Both the position numbers and the translations under genes were made by a program. Shown here in pieces: positions 1 through 10,600 of a DNA stretch of 48,317 bases. Under the pieces are notes generated by a model. The model ran no database searches and was not told the DNA's origin. It was given only the letters and a program-made list of their open reading frames with translations. Source of the DNA: a bacterium. GTDB taxonomy: Bacteria; SZUA-182; DTGQ01; JAFGSM01. Every line of letters begins with the position of its first letter. Position 1 is the first letter of the stretch. The DNA is taken from contig JBLIRO010000038.1 in assembly GCA_049472335.1 (NCBI GenBank), positions 1 through 48,317 on the forward strand. Reading direction: 5' to 3'.

Positions 1-1115
1 TGGGGGATAATGGCATCTGCGACACTCAATCCGCCTTCCAGCAGGCGTTCAGCATCTTTTATTCTGTTTGCCGGGGTAACCATAGCCCCTTCACTTCCCG
101 GCTGAACAAGCAAGACCTCATCCAGGCCAATGCCTTCATCTTGGAGGACCTCTGGTGAATGGGTACTCATGATGACCTGCCTGCCGGTTTTTCGCTGAAT
201 CCGGGCAAACATTTGAGGGATATATTTGATCACCTCAGGATGAAGGGAAAGTTCGGGTTCTTCCAGGAGCAAAGGACCACTGCCGTCCAAAGTAACCCAA
301 AGAAGTCCCATGAGTCTGAGAGTTCCGTCTGAAAACTGATCTTCCTTATGCCATGCCCCCTGGGGGCGCCAATGTTCATATTTTCCCCGAAGATGTGGCG
401 TACCCCTCTCATCTCGAACCATTTCCAGCTCCTTAAGCTTAGAAACTGCAAAACTCAGGGCGTCTTTGATACGTTTTAACCGGGCGTTTCGCGTCCGATC
501 CTGGGTATGTGCAATCTGCTCAAGAAAATCACCTCCGTATGGATCATTCTTTTTTCCGATGGAACGATCGGGTTCACGGACAAGCTGAGGTACAATGTGA
601 AGGTAACGGACCGTGGAAAAAAAATCCGCTATATTCCTGAACCTTTGATTTGCATATACTTGTTCAAGATAGGTCTGAATAAGACGTTCAGGATCGTTTT
701 TATCTTTGTCATCAGGGCGCTCTAAAATCAACCTTCCATGTTTGATTACCTTCTCCTTTTTAATAATAGGTCGCCTTAGATTGTCTTGATTGAAATGGAT
801 TTCATATTCCCATACAGATAAATCATATTCGTTACCAATATCTATGTGAATAAGGATATTGGAATGCCGCCGTGCCGCCAGGCAGCGCAAGCTGGACACA
901 CCGCCTCGCTTGCGGATAGCCTCCTGAAAGCCACCGCCTATGGAGACAATATCATGCAGGAATCTAAACACGTCCAAAAGATTAGATTTTCCGGATGCAT
1001 TAGGCCCTACCAAAAATACCCTGTCCTGCAGCTTAACATCGATCTGGACAAAATTCCGCCAATTCTCAAGATAGAGCCGGGTAAATCTAAATGACTTGCT
1101 TTTTGTTTTACTCAT
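1..1115 (-). CDS. AAA/ABC-type ATPase (AAA_21/COG4637-like), 3' end beyond the left edge of the window
   Basis: Translated by hand at both ends, and both ends are in the same frame. ATG at 1115 gives MSKTKSKSFRFTRLYLENWRNF...LVGPNASGKSNLLD (Walker A). The distal part reads LLLEEPELSLHP (Walker B/D-loop) and MSTHS (H-loop). Presumably absent from the ORF track because there is no stop codon in the window. Confidence 0.9.
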   Translation of the reverse strand, partial: MSKTKSKSFRFTRLYLENWRNFVQIDVKLQDRVFLVGPNASGKSNLLDVFRFLHDIVSIGGGFQEAIRKRGGVSSLRCLAARRHSNILIHIDIGNEYDLSVWEYEIHFNQDNLRRPIIKKEKVIKHGRLILERPDDKDKNDPERLIQTYLEQVYANQRFRNIADFFSTVRYLHIVPQLVREPDRSIGKKNDPYGGDFLEQIAHTQDRTRNARLKRIKDALSFAVSKLKELEMVRDERGTPHLRGKYEHWRPQGAWHKEDQFSDGTLRLMGLLWVTLDGSGPLLLEEPELSLHPEVIKYIPQMFARIQRKTGRQVIMSTHSPEVLQDEGIGLDEVLLVQPGSEGAMVTPANRIKDAERLLEGGLSVADAIIP

Positions 1116-1172
1116 GGATTTATGCTCGTTAATTTAAAAGAAATTCACATTTATATTATCAAATACAAACAA

Positions 1173-1202
1173 AGTATATCCGACGATCAAGAAGCATGTC
1201 AA
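1173..1202 (-). promoter_or_regulatory. Putative sigma70 promoter for the ATPase
   Basis: TTGACA-N18-TATACT on the minus strand, about 60 nt upstream of ATG 1115. Confidence 0.55.
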
Positions 1203-1284
1203 TATCAATGGGTTGACCAATAATAACTCCACATTTTGACATCTCACCTTCAAGCCATCTTTTACAAAAACTATGTTTACAACT

Positions 1285-1313
1285 TTGACAAAGGACCGAT
1301 TTTTTTTTATACT
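1285..1313 (+). promoter_or_regulatory. Putative sigma70 promoter for the cyclase
   Basis: TTGACA(1285-1290)-N17-TATACT(1308-1313). Confidence 0.65.
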
Positions 1314-1496
1314 ATATTACAAGAAAAAATTTCTTTCCATTTAATCAGCTCATTTTCGACACATTTTCAGGATCATTTGTTGTTATTATTATTGACTTCG
1401 AAAGATATTTATTTTGTAGTATTTAGATTGATAACACTATAAACAGTGCATCAGAGTATCTAAAACTTAATAACTACTAAGATATTTAAGAAAAAA

Positions 1497-3005
1497 GTGA
1501 GTCAGAATAATAAAATACTGGATCCATTAAAAGATCTCCGTACATGGCAGCGTTTTCATTTCAAACTCATAGCCCTTTATGGCGGAACTGTATTAGTATG
1601 TCTGATCCTGACAGGATTTATTTTATATAAAATATGGATAAATGCGGAATTTAAAGGTTTACAGAGGCGGTTGCTGGCTATAGTCACAAGTTTATCAGCA
1701 TCCATCGATGCGGATAAAATCACGGCCATCCCTATTGATTCCACAGAGATTACTCCGTTTCATAAAGAAATATTAAGCCGGTTTGAAGAAGTATGTGTTA
1801 GAGACCCGGATATTGAAACTATATATATATTTCGCCCAACTAACGAACCCACAAAATTACGTTTTCTGGTTGATTACTCAAAGATAGACATTTATGGAAA
1901 TCCTGGCGATCTGTATGACGCAAGTGATGTCCCGATACTGTTAAAGGGATTTGCGAAACCTTCCGTTGAAAATAAACCATATAGAGACGAATTTGGACTT
2001 ACCTTGTCGGGCTATGCACCTATTTTCAATACTGAAGGGCAAAGTGTAGGGCTTGTTGGAGTTGATGTCCAGGTTTCCCGGATCCAACAAATGCGGCAGC
2101 AGGTCCTTTTTATTATTTTAGGAGTGTTCGGCTTTGCAATCATTATAATAGGATTAGTATCCTTCACAGTTGCCAGAAATGTGCGCCAGCCTTTAACAAA
2201 AATCATAAATGCAGCGACCGCTATTGCAGGAGGCAAATTGGATACGAGAATACAGATGGATCGTCATGATGAATTCGGAATAATGAGCCAACATTTCGAT
2301 CTTATGGCAGAAGGCTTACAGGAGCGTGAATTTATTCGGGAAACATTCGGACGTTATATGAGCGAAGACGTAGCACGGATGTTATTGGACTGCCGCGGCA
2401 GTGGAATATTGCAGGGCGAAGAAAAAATTGTAACCGTATTATTTAGTGATTTGCAGGGTTATTCAACGATCAGTGAACAACTGCCCCCAGCTAAAGTAAT
2501 TGAAATGTTGAACCAATATCTGGAGGCCATGAATAAATTAATAGATATATATCATGGATGTGTGATTGAATACCTCGGAGACGCTATATTGGCAGTATTC
2601 GGAGCTCCCTACTATATGGCAGATCATTCTGAACAAGCATTCCGTTGTGCAATTGAAATGCGTAACCGTTTGAAGGAGCTGAATAAAGAATGGAAAAAAT
2701 CCGGGATAGCCTGCTATTGGAAACAAAGTGGTATTAGTGAATTGAAAGTGCGGATTGGCATTCATACCGGTCCCGTAGTGGCCGGGAACTTAGGAAGCAG
2801 GACCAGGATGAAATATGCAGTCATTGGAGATACGGTAAATGTAGCATCCCGCCTGGAGGCACTCAACAAGGAATTTGATTCCGACATCTGTTTAAGCCGC
2901 GATGTTTATATCCACCTTCCAAATGACCTGACTTCAAATATGACTCACAGAGGGGATTTTCAAGTTAAGGGGAGGGAACAATCCGTGAGGATTTATACAT
3001 TATGA
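1497..3005 (+). CDS. Membrane-bound class III adenylate/guanylate cyclase (TM, periplasmic Cache-like sensor, TM, HAMP, cyclase)
   Basis: Two TM helices, HAMP (QPLTKI...DEFGIMSQHFDLM) and cyclase motifs VLFSDLQGYS, YLGDAILAVFG, RIGIHTG, IGDTVNVASRLE, VKGR. Confidence 0.93.
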   Translation: MSQNNKILDPLKDLRTWQRFHFKLIALYGGTVLVCLILTGFILYKIWINAEFKGLQRRLLAIVTSLSASIDADKITAIPIDSTEITPFHKEILSRFEEVCVRDPDIETIYIFRPTNEPTKLRFLVDYSKIDIYGNPGDLYDASDVPILLKGFAKPSVENKPYRDEFGLTLSGYAPIFNTEGQSVGLVGVDVQVSRIQQMRQQVLFIILGVFGFAIIIIGLVSFTVARNVRQPLTKIINAATAIAGGKLDTRIQMDRHDEFGIMSQHFDLMAEGLQEREFIRETFGRYMSEDVARMLLDCRGSGILQGEEKIVTVLFSDLQGYSTISEQLPPAKVIEMLNQYLEAMNKLIDIYHGCVIEYLGDAILAVFGAPYYMADHSEQAFRCAIEMRNRLKELNKEWKKSGIACYWKQSGISELKVRIGIHTGPVVAGNLGSRTRMKYAVIGDTVNVASRLEALNKEFDSDICLSRDVYIHLPNDLTSNMTHRGDFQVKGREQSVRIYTL

Positions 3006-3274
3006 ATCTTTTGTCACCCTTTCATTTTTTAGGTATTTATTGTATATTATAATATAAGCATATAAACAGCTTTCTTCTATGTTTTTTTCCAATCCGCAGG
3101 TTCTATATCATGCAGAAAATACATCTTTTCGGATTTCTTGATACCTTACGGATATTACCTTGGATGAATATTGTTTTATGAAATCGTCAGGAAGTCTCTT
3201 ACGAACCATATTGAACGAGATCGTCTTTTCAATAAACCTAACGATAAATAAATTAAAAAAGAAAGGGAGAGCTT

Positions 3275-4645
3275 ATGTTTTCTCTATCATCCGTAACAAA
3301 AAGGATATCTACTATACTTTTATTAATTCCGGTATTACTTTCTTTCGGCCAGCTAAAGGCATTTGCCCGTCCTGTTATCAGCAATGCAAACGATGTGAGC
3401 TTCACTGTGACCTGGATAAGTCCTGCACCTGCCACAGGAGAGGTTCGTTACGGGCACACCCCGGCTTTGGGCAACACCGCCTATGATGTAAGGGGCAAAA
3501 GCACCTCTGAAAATATACACTTTGTTAGGATTTCCAATCTACAGCCTGAAACCATCTATTATTATGATGTTGTCACAGGCACAGCAATCGATAACAATGG
3601 TGGGCTGCATTATTCTTTTCTTACGGGTCCAACCACTCAAACACCTCCGATACCGGATACTGCCTATGGCCGCGTTGTTTTACCGGTTGGATCAACACCT
3701 GCCGTGGGGGCGCTTGTATATGTCACTATAATAGAAAATAACGGCAAAGGAAGCGCCGGAAGGTCCACCACCCTCTCCTCTTTGGTCGCATCGTCATATT
3801 GGAATGTTCAGCTCAGCAATGCCAGGGTTTTGGACATGAGTTCACCCTTTATTTATTCACTTTCAGGAGATACCCTGGAGATATTGGTTTATGGCCCGGA
3901 TGGTTCAACAGCCATTGCATCGGCAGATACATTCAATGATACACCAGCCCCGCAAGTAAAGACAAATGACACCTGCACACAGGAAATATGTGATTTAATC
4001 GACAATGACTGTGACGGCCTTGTGGATGAAACAGGGGCACAAGGCTGCACCATTTTTTACAAGGACGAAGACGTAGACGGCTACGGTGTCACCAGCGACA
4101 GCCTGTGCTTGTGTGCTCCGGAAGCATATTATACGGCCATATGGGGGGGAGACATTGATGATCAAGACCCTCTAGTCATTCCTTTTCTTTACGTTATGGA
4201 GATTTTTTCAGGCTGGAGCATGATATCCCTTCCTATTACACCTTATAATCCAAGGCTCTCGGCTTTATTCCCGGATGCCATTGTTGTTTATGGTTTTAAA
4301 AAGGGTGTGGGGTATGAACGTGTAAAAGGAGATGAAGATATGGTGCCCGGGGCCGGATATTGGATCTTAATGGATCAGAATCAAAGCTATCCGTTAGCCG
4401 GACAAGCCTTAATAAATTATAATATCACAGTGAATAACGGATGGTATATGATCGGAGGCAGTGTAGCTCCTGCTAAGGCCTCGGTCAATAATGGAAACAT
4501 TACCGTAATTTATGGTTTCGTTTCCGGGGCCGGTTATCAGAGGATTAAGGAAACGGATAATCTGGAATCCGGGAGGGGTTACTGGATACTCTTTAAGGAA
4601 ATCATGGATCAGGCAGAGTTTAAAGTCGAAAGCATAGAACCATAG
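3275..4645 (+). CDS. Secreted modular protein: FN3/purple-acid-phosphatase-N-like domain, Ig-like domain, Cys/Asp metal-binding (MopE-like) repeat, C-terminal 'GW-x-x-I-S-L-P...GYW' tandem domain
   Basis: Signal peptide, HFVRISNLQPETIYYYDV, EICDLIDNDCDGLVDE, and GWSMISLP...PGAGYWI...GWYMIGG...GRGYWI. Confidence 0.8.
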   Translation: MFSLSSVTKRISTILLLIPVLLSFGQLKAFARPVISNANDVSFTVTWISPAPATGEVRYGHTPALGNTAYDVRGKSTSENIHFVRISNLQPETIYYYDVVTGTAIDNNGGLHYSFLTGPTTQTPPIPDTAYGRVVLPVGSTPAVGALVYVTIIENNGKGSAGRSTTLSSLVASSYWNVQLSNARVLDMSSPFIYSLSGDTLEILVYGPDGSTAIASADTFNDTPAPQVKTNDTCTQEICDLIDNDCDGLVDETGAQGCTIFYKDEDVDGYGVTSDSLCLCAPEAYYTAIWGGDIDDQDPLVIPFLYVMEIFSGWSMISLPITPYNPRLSALFPDAIVVYGFKKGVGYERVKGDEDMVPGAGYWILMDQNQSYPLAGQALINYNITVNNGWYMIGGSVAPAKASVNNGNITVIYGFVSGAGYQRIKETDNLESGRGYWILFKEIMDQAEFKVESIEP

Positions 4646-4677
4646 GCAAGTTTTGAATCGAACCCAAAAGGTTAAGG

Positions 4678-7578
4678 ATGAAAGAAATAGTAAAAAAGAT
4701 TGCACTCATTGCATTAGTCTTACAGATTTGTCTCCCGGGGACTTTAATAGCGTATGACGATGCGGCGGTTTTGTGGCGCGGGTTTCAATCGGCCTGGATA
4801 GGGGCGGACCGGGTAAATCATTGGTATATAGCCAATGACGACGAGCCGGGGAACCACCGCTTAAATAGACTCGGCGACTTTTTGGAAGATATGCACTGTA
4901 TTTATCCCAGGGTGAGACATTATCATTCCGCGGCCTCGGGTTCTCTCGAGGATACAATGGAATATACCACCTATTATACAAAGATTTATACAAATGGGAT
5001 AGGGCTACAGCATGGTTGCGCAGATTTTGTGTTATATGGATCAGAAGGAGATTTCGTGGACTATTCTGATGAGATCGTTTTAGATCCCGAATGGAATACA
5101 AAGGACCGGGATTATTACACTGTTTTGTTGAATGGTTTCGATCTTTGTTCTACAGAAGATGCGGACAAGCTTGAATACATTTCCATGGAGGTAAGTAATG
5201 CCCGATATTCAGAGGAAAAGATCAAATTCGATGTATTCATAAGGTTTAAGGCGGATTGCGACTCGGTTGAATGTGAAACCCCTGACGGCAGTATCGGTTA
5301 CGAAGGGAAATTTTGTTACCTTGTGGTAGCCGGAGATGAAGGGGATTTAAATATCACGGAGGATGATTTTTCTACAAAAAATTATACGTGGAATATAACC
5401 ACCGAGATCTTTCTTGAGCCGGAAAATCTCAGTGTTACGGGTGTGGGCGGGAACCAATATAACGAGGCTGCGCTTGGCTTTAGGAAGATATTCTTCGATC
5501 TTCATGGTCAGGAACACTGGCTGCTGGAATGGGTGAGCGCGCTCCAGCCTGAAAGCTATGATGCTTCCTCAGGCGAATATACCTATCTGCGGCAGCTCCT
5601 CTTTAAACAATGGACAGCACCCATGTACGGCCTATCCTTAAGATATAATGGTGAAGCGACCCTCGGGGCCGCGGTCACCTTGATTCAATTTAATCAAGCC
5701 TCTGTAAATGAAGGTGCATTGAGCGGGGAAATATTTTGGCCTTCGGAAGAGGACAATGAGGGGGCATGTGAGAATGATGACTCATTGAATGAATTCTATA
5801 TTCATTTAGATAATATAAATGATGAAGACGGAGACTGCGTTTTTGATGACGGGGACAATTGTATTGAGGTGGATAATCCTGACCAGGAGGACAGTGACAA
5901 TGACGGTATCGGAGATGCATGTGACAAGCCCGATCTTGAGGTCATCAAATCGGGAGAGACATCCTCGCTTAAGGATACTATCACAATCGAAGACTATAGC
6001 ACGGATGCATATAAAATCACCATGAATGTACGTATCCAAAATACCGGACCGGTACAGAGCAATGCCTTTGAGGTAACCTGGGAAGGCGCGGGAGTAATCG
6101 ATCCTCAAACAGCCAGCCAAGCGACTCTCCTTCTTATTAACCCATTATACCCCAGTGTTAAAACCGTCAGGGTTGAAACCTTATTAGATCCTAATGATTA
6201 TGTGGATATATCAAATGCGTGGTTAGTGGAAAAGGATTACTATGACGGTATCCTGAATGGAAGCAGATGTGGTGTATTCACCCTGAGTGCGGAAGCAGAC
6301 ACCCTTGATGAGATTGACGAGGTTTTTGAGAATAACAATGATGAATCCTATGCATTGGTAGGTTACTGTAAGGCCCTTGTGCCCAATCCCTTTGTAGTGC
6401 TTGACCCTATCCTTAATGGGCTCCCCTCGCTTGACAGATCAATCATCGAAAAGGTAGCAGAAAAAATGTGGCCGGACATCAAAAACATATTCACAGGATT
6501 GGAGATTGGTCCATGGATCACGAATAGCGCGGGCACTTCTTACCTGTGGAACAATCCGGAGATAAGGACAAGCCTCATTGTTTCGCCGTTTCCTCTTTCA
6601 CCGGGATGGAACGTTGTAGGCCTTAATGTGGAATTCGAGGGATTGAAGGTCCTTGACGTCTCTCAGGAGATCAAGGCAATCGGAGGAGATGTCCAAAAGA
6701 TCGGCCAATTCACAGACAGCGAATGGCTTGGATTTACTCCCGGATCGGATATTAATAATTTCTCCGTTTCTTCTGGCCAATGTTATTTTATCAATGTAAA
6801 TAATCATGTTCTCTGGAAGCGCGTAAGCTATAAGCCCCCCTCCCCTTTCCATTTGAATCTGAATTCCGGCTGGAATTTCTTTTCCATTCCAGCATGGGCA
6901 GGCAAAACATTTACCGCTCAGGGCTTTATTGATGAGGTTCTTAGGCAGGGAGGCAACTGCAGAGAGATAAATGATTTTATGGATGGGGCCTGGCAGGGAC
7001 ATATCAATGATCTGCCATTTAATAACTTTTCCGTAAAACCGGGTAAAGGTTATGCACTCAGATGTGATGCACCCGCGAATATTGTCATTAATAAAGAAGA
7101 CATGGAGATCAAACAGAAATTTCTCTTCCATTTCAGCTACATAAACTACGCATGGGGCTATGATAATGCCGGATGGTTTATCAATAGCATGGGAGAGCTT
7201 AAAAATTATAATCTTTATAATCAACCTGATCTACCCTGGCATTCCGCTGATCCGAACGGTTATATTACGGATGAAAGGTTAAGGGAAAATTATAGCTATG
7301 CTAGTGAGATCGCATACAAGGTCTCAAGAGAAGAATTATTTGAAAACTATAGGTTAATCGAGCAGGCATCAAAGGGGCAATTGTCCCCGAACATACACAC
7401 AGGTTATGATGTGGGCGCTAATATATATTATTGCTATTTGTGGGATGAAACAGCAAAAAGATATAAACAGATCCTGCTTAAAAAGTATGGTGATTTTTCC
7501 AGGTATAACTTGGATCCGAGCGCCCAGAGATTGACCCGATGGCTGGAGAAGGTCGGTCATTCAGCTTTTAGAAATTAA
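4678..7578 (+). CDS. Secreted modular protein: unknown N-terminal domain, thrombospondin type 3 Ca-binding repeat, CARDB-like domain, 'GWN' tandem domain, unknown C-terminal domain
   Basis: Signal peptide, DNCIEVDNPDQEDSDNDGIGDACD, KPDLEV...IQNTG...IDEVFENNN, and PGWNVVGL/SGWNFFSIP...PGKGYALR. Confidence 0.8.
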   Translation: MKEIVKKIALIALVLQICLPGTLIAYDDAAVLWRGFQSAWIGADRVNHWYIANDDEPGNHRLNRLGDFLEDMHCIYPRVRHYHSAASGSLEDTMEYTTYYTKIYTNGIGLQHGCADFVLYGSEGDFVDYSDEIVLDPEWNTKDRDYYTVLLNGFDLCSTEDADKLEYISMEVSNARYSEEKIKFDVFIRFKADCDSVECETPDGSIGYEGKFCYLVVAGDEGDLNITEDDFSTKNYTWNITTEIFLEPENLSVTGVGGNQYNEAALGFRKIFFDLHGQEHWLLEWVSALQPESYDASSGEYTYLRQLLFKQWTAPMYGLSLRYNGEATLGAAVTLIQFNQASVNEGALSGEIFWPSEEDNEGACENDDSLNEFYIHLDNINDEDGDCVFDDGDNCIEVDNPDQEDSDNDGIGDACDKPDLEVIKSGETSSLKDTITIEDYSTDAYKITMNVRIQNTGPVQSNAFEVTWEGAGVIDPQTASQATLLLINPLYPSVKTVRVETLLDPNDYVDISNAWLVEKDYYDGILNGSRCGVFTLSAEADTLDEIDEVFENNNDESYALVGYCKALVPNPFVVLDPILNGLPSLDRSIIEKVAEKMWPDIKNIFTGLEIGPWITNSAGTSYLWNNPEIRTSLIVSPFPLSPGWNVVGLNVEFEGLKVLDVSQEIKAIGGDVQKIGQFTDSEWLGFTPGSDINNFSVSSGQCYFINVNNHVLWKRVSYKPPSPFHLNLNSGWNFFSIPAWAGKTFTAQGFIDEVLRQGGNCREINDFMDGAWQGHINDLPFNNFSVKPGKGYALRCDAPANIVINKEDMEIKQKFLFHFSYINYAWGYDNAGWFINSMGELKNYNLYNQPDLPWHSADPNGYITDERLRENYSYASEIAYKVSREELFENYRLIEQASKGQLSPNIHTGYDVGANIYYCYLWDETAKRYKQILLKKYGDFSRYNLDPSAQRLTRWLEKVGHSAFRN

Positions 7579-7595
7579 AATAATGTTAGTGGGGC

Positions 7596-7650
7596 TGTCA
7601 AGAGAACCGTTTCCTCGATATTAATGTCAAGAAACGTTCTTTTGACATTA
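7596..7650. repeat. Inverted pair of palindromic REP-like units between convergent genes; possible bidirectional terminator
   Basis: TAATGTCAA-N11-TTGACATTA has perfect arms (7622-7650). It is preceded by a degenerate inverted copy, TGTCAAGAGAACCGTTTCCTCGATA. Confidence 0.5.
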
Positions 7651-10600
7651 AGCTCCCTCCTGTATATTTGCCGGGCACTTATAGGTGCTATCCCAGGGGC
7701 TGCACTCCACATCATAATGAAAGCTGTCGGCATCGCAGTCATTGTTATCGGAATCTATGCGCAGACGGAGGGTGTCGAGTACTAATTCCGTCCATGAGGC
7801 GCTGCCAACGGTTCTGTATCTATATTGCAACTCCACATTAAAGGCCTCATCGTTACAATTATTCTGCCACTCGGGTCTTATACTATAAATGCCGTCAGAG
7901 CCCACACTGTCGATATCCACCCAGCCGCTGCCGTCATAGGTTACCGAGCCGCAAATCCCGCCTCCAACGGTACGGACTTTGCCTGTACCCGCTATGCACA
8001 TCTGGAATTCATAATCATCAAAATAACCGGCCAGGGTTTTCAGGCTTAAGACATTCGCCGCAACAGTATAATGCTCCCCGGAAGTGCTTGCATCAAAAAG
8101 GCATACACTATCGACATTCCGGGGTGTAACAATGGCCCCCGTAGGACCGGATATGCTTATATAAAAATCCTCCGTCCGTGTTCCGAAAACCGTATCGGGG
8201 GATCTGGTGCAAAGGGCGGGATTATCGCATACGGGTGAATCAGGCCGGCAAAAAGGGTCGGAAGGGTCGCCGTAATGAATATAGTCATAGGTTACCCGGA
8301 CGTGATACAGCTCCCAGGCATCGATCCTTGTCCCTCCGGCGATGGTGACAGACCGCAGTGGTTCATCACTAAGAGCGGGAAGCTCGAATGAGCCCGATCT
8401 GTTCTGGCAGGGGTCCTGAGCCGGGACAGTATTATAGGGAATAAAATCCACGGGTGTGACATTCTGCGGGCTCCCGCCGGCTGCAGACCAATCGGCAATG
8501 GTGGGTACATCCTCCTTTGTTATCTCTATGGAGTCCACCCAGATCAGGGCCGGTCCGTAAGAACCCGCGGCAAATTCCAGATCGGTTGTTTCCCAGGTAA
8601 ACTCAACCTGGTAATTCATGGCCGGATTGGCCAGGTTCTGGCTGTTACGCGGAGGGACTATAACGTATAAGACCTTTCCCACGTTTGGTTTCTGGGTCGC
8701 GTTATCTATATAAGGAAACAAATCAGGGGAGGAGATAAAATCGTTATAATTCATGATCAGTGAGTCGGTTGATATGGATACTCCTCCAAGGGTCATATCC
8801 GAGACACCCAGCGTGATGCGGGCATCCACAGGTGACAGGATGGGGGACCGTATCAAACCGGTAGAGCCAGCCACGAATTCCCTCCGGACACCGCCCGCGG
8901 AAATATCACTATTGCTGTAAACCCTTAAAACCATGGCCAGATTGTCAATATTCTGATCTATCATATACTCGCTGAAGGATTGATATACCTGTATCCCTGT
9001 TGCCATATGGGTTTGAACGCCCACAAGGTTTCTTGAGTCAAGCACAACAGGGATGTTATAAAAATCATCGGCGCCCCGGGTAATGGGATCAACCTCATAA
9101 ACATGATCATATAAATTCTTGACCGCGTTGGCCCGGTTATCAGCATCGATCTCCAGGATCTCCAGCTCCAGCCTGTTGAATTCCGGCGTATCCCCGCAAT
9201 GCTGAAACCGCAGGTCAAAATCCATTACAAAATATGCCTCATTGGTTATTGAATCATACATGGGCATCTCGGAGGTCGCATATTCCGTCTGCTCTGTAAT
9301 GATTTCACAATGGAGGGGAGCGGCAGAGGTCCAGCCGCTTCCCGAATCTATCTGGCCTCGGATGCGCATTACATCCGTGCACGTCACACGGTTAAGCCTT
9401 GCCCAGTTGACGCTTGTTGTGCCCCACCTGTTGTCCAACTCCGGGGTCCTGCAATCCTGTGACAAGCCTGCCATCAGGCTGTTCGGATCACCAGCAGTAG
9501 ACAACTGGGCCTGGCTGTAAGTGCCGCAAAGGTTTATTTTATGGTCGTTTCTTCGGTAACGACCCTGATAGGACATGAGAGTACCGGGTCCCGCCCAATG
9601 ATCCAGTCCGAGTGCGTGTCCCAACTCATGAATCAGGGTGGCACGCATTATGACCCTCTCTGTAGGTCCACCATTAACAACATTGTTCATAAGACCTTCA
9701 TCCAGGTTGATATTTTTCCCGTAGTTTAACCCTGGAGCGCCCAAATCCTTTATTCCGATATCTATCTCATCCCCGGCGCAGGTGCCGTCATCATCAGTAA
9801 GGTCCCAGCAATTGATATGGAACCTGTCCTCCCATGAGCCGTCAGGATCGCGGTTAATGACCTCCTTCCAGACATTGACCGCCCATTCTACATCATCCAC
9901 AAAGTCATCGTGATCATAACAATACACAGCGCTTCCCGAACCCGGACAAGTGATGCTATCAAAAAAATCCTTCGCGTTGTCTCTAAGCCGGAGTGCCACC
10001 CCATTACGATCGATAATCCGGCGGGTTTTCCTTTCCGCTGACCTCATGTCATAGGAGCTTGGCTGGGAACCCCCGCAATGAACGGAATCGTTCGATGCGC
10101 GAATCCATCCGAAACCATCGGTCTGGCACATATCATCCAGCGCGCCATCCAGAAGGGGTGTATAATCGGCGTCAGACGTGCTCACATCAAGGTCCGCGAA
10201 CAGGCTTTTCAGGCAAAAATGATTGGTTTTTGTTATCAGAAATCCGTCTTCACGGTAATTGTTGATCTCACCGATCTCCAGGTCTCCATAGTTTTCGGTG
10301 GGGATGTGGCTAAAATCAGGAGGGAAATGATCATTTAAATCATCCGAGGCCTCCTTGGCCGCTATTACCCGGTCCAGTTCCTTAATCACCATCTTCTTGT
10401 GTATGGTAAGGAGATCAGGAACATCAGGGACCCAGATGTCAAATTCCGGGTTATAGGTATAAAGGGCAAGGTCCAGCCCTTCATAGCCGGCCGGAATTGC
10501 AAGGCCGATCTCTACGGGACGCAGAAACGTGAATAAATCCGGTCCGAATTCATAACCGTGTCCGATCTGTTCCGTTGATTGATGAAACAGAACATCCATT

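Noticed and set aside
230..1094. Short ORFs 230-451, 507-725 and 846-1094
   Set aside because: They are out-of-frame or antisense shadows of the real ATPase gene at 1-1115 (-).
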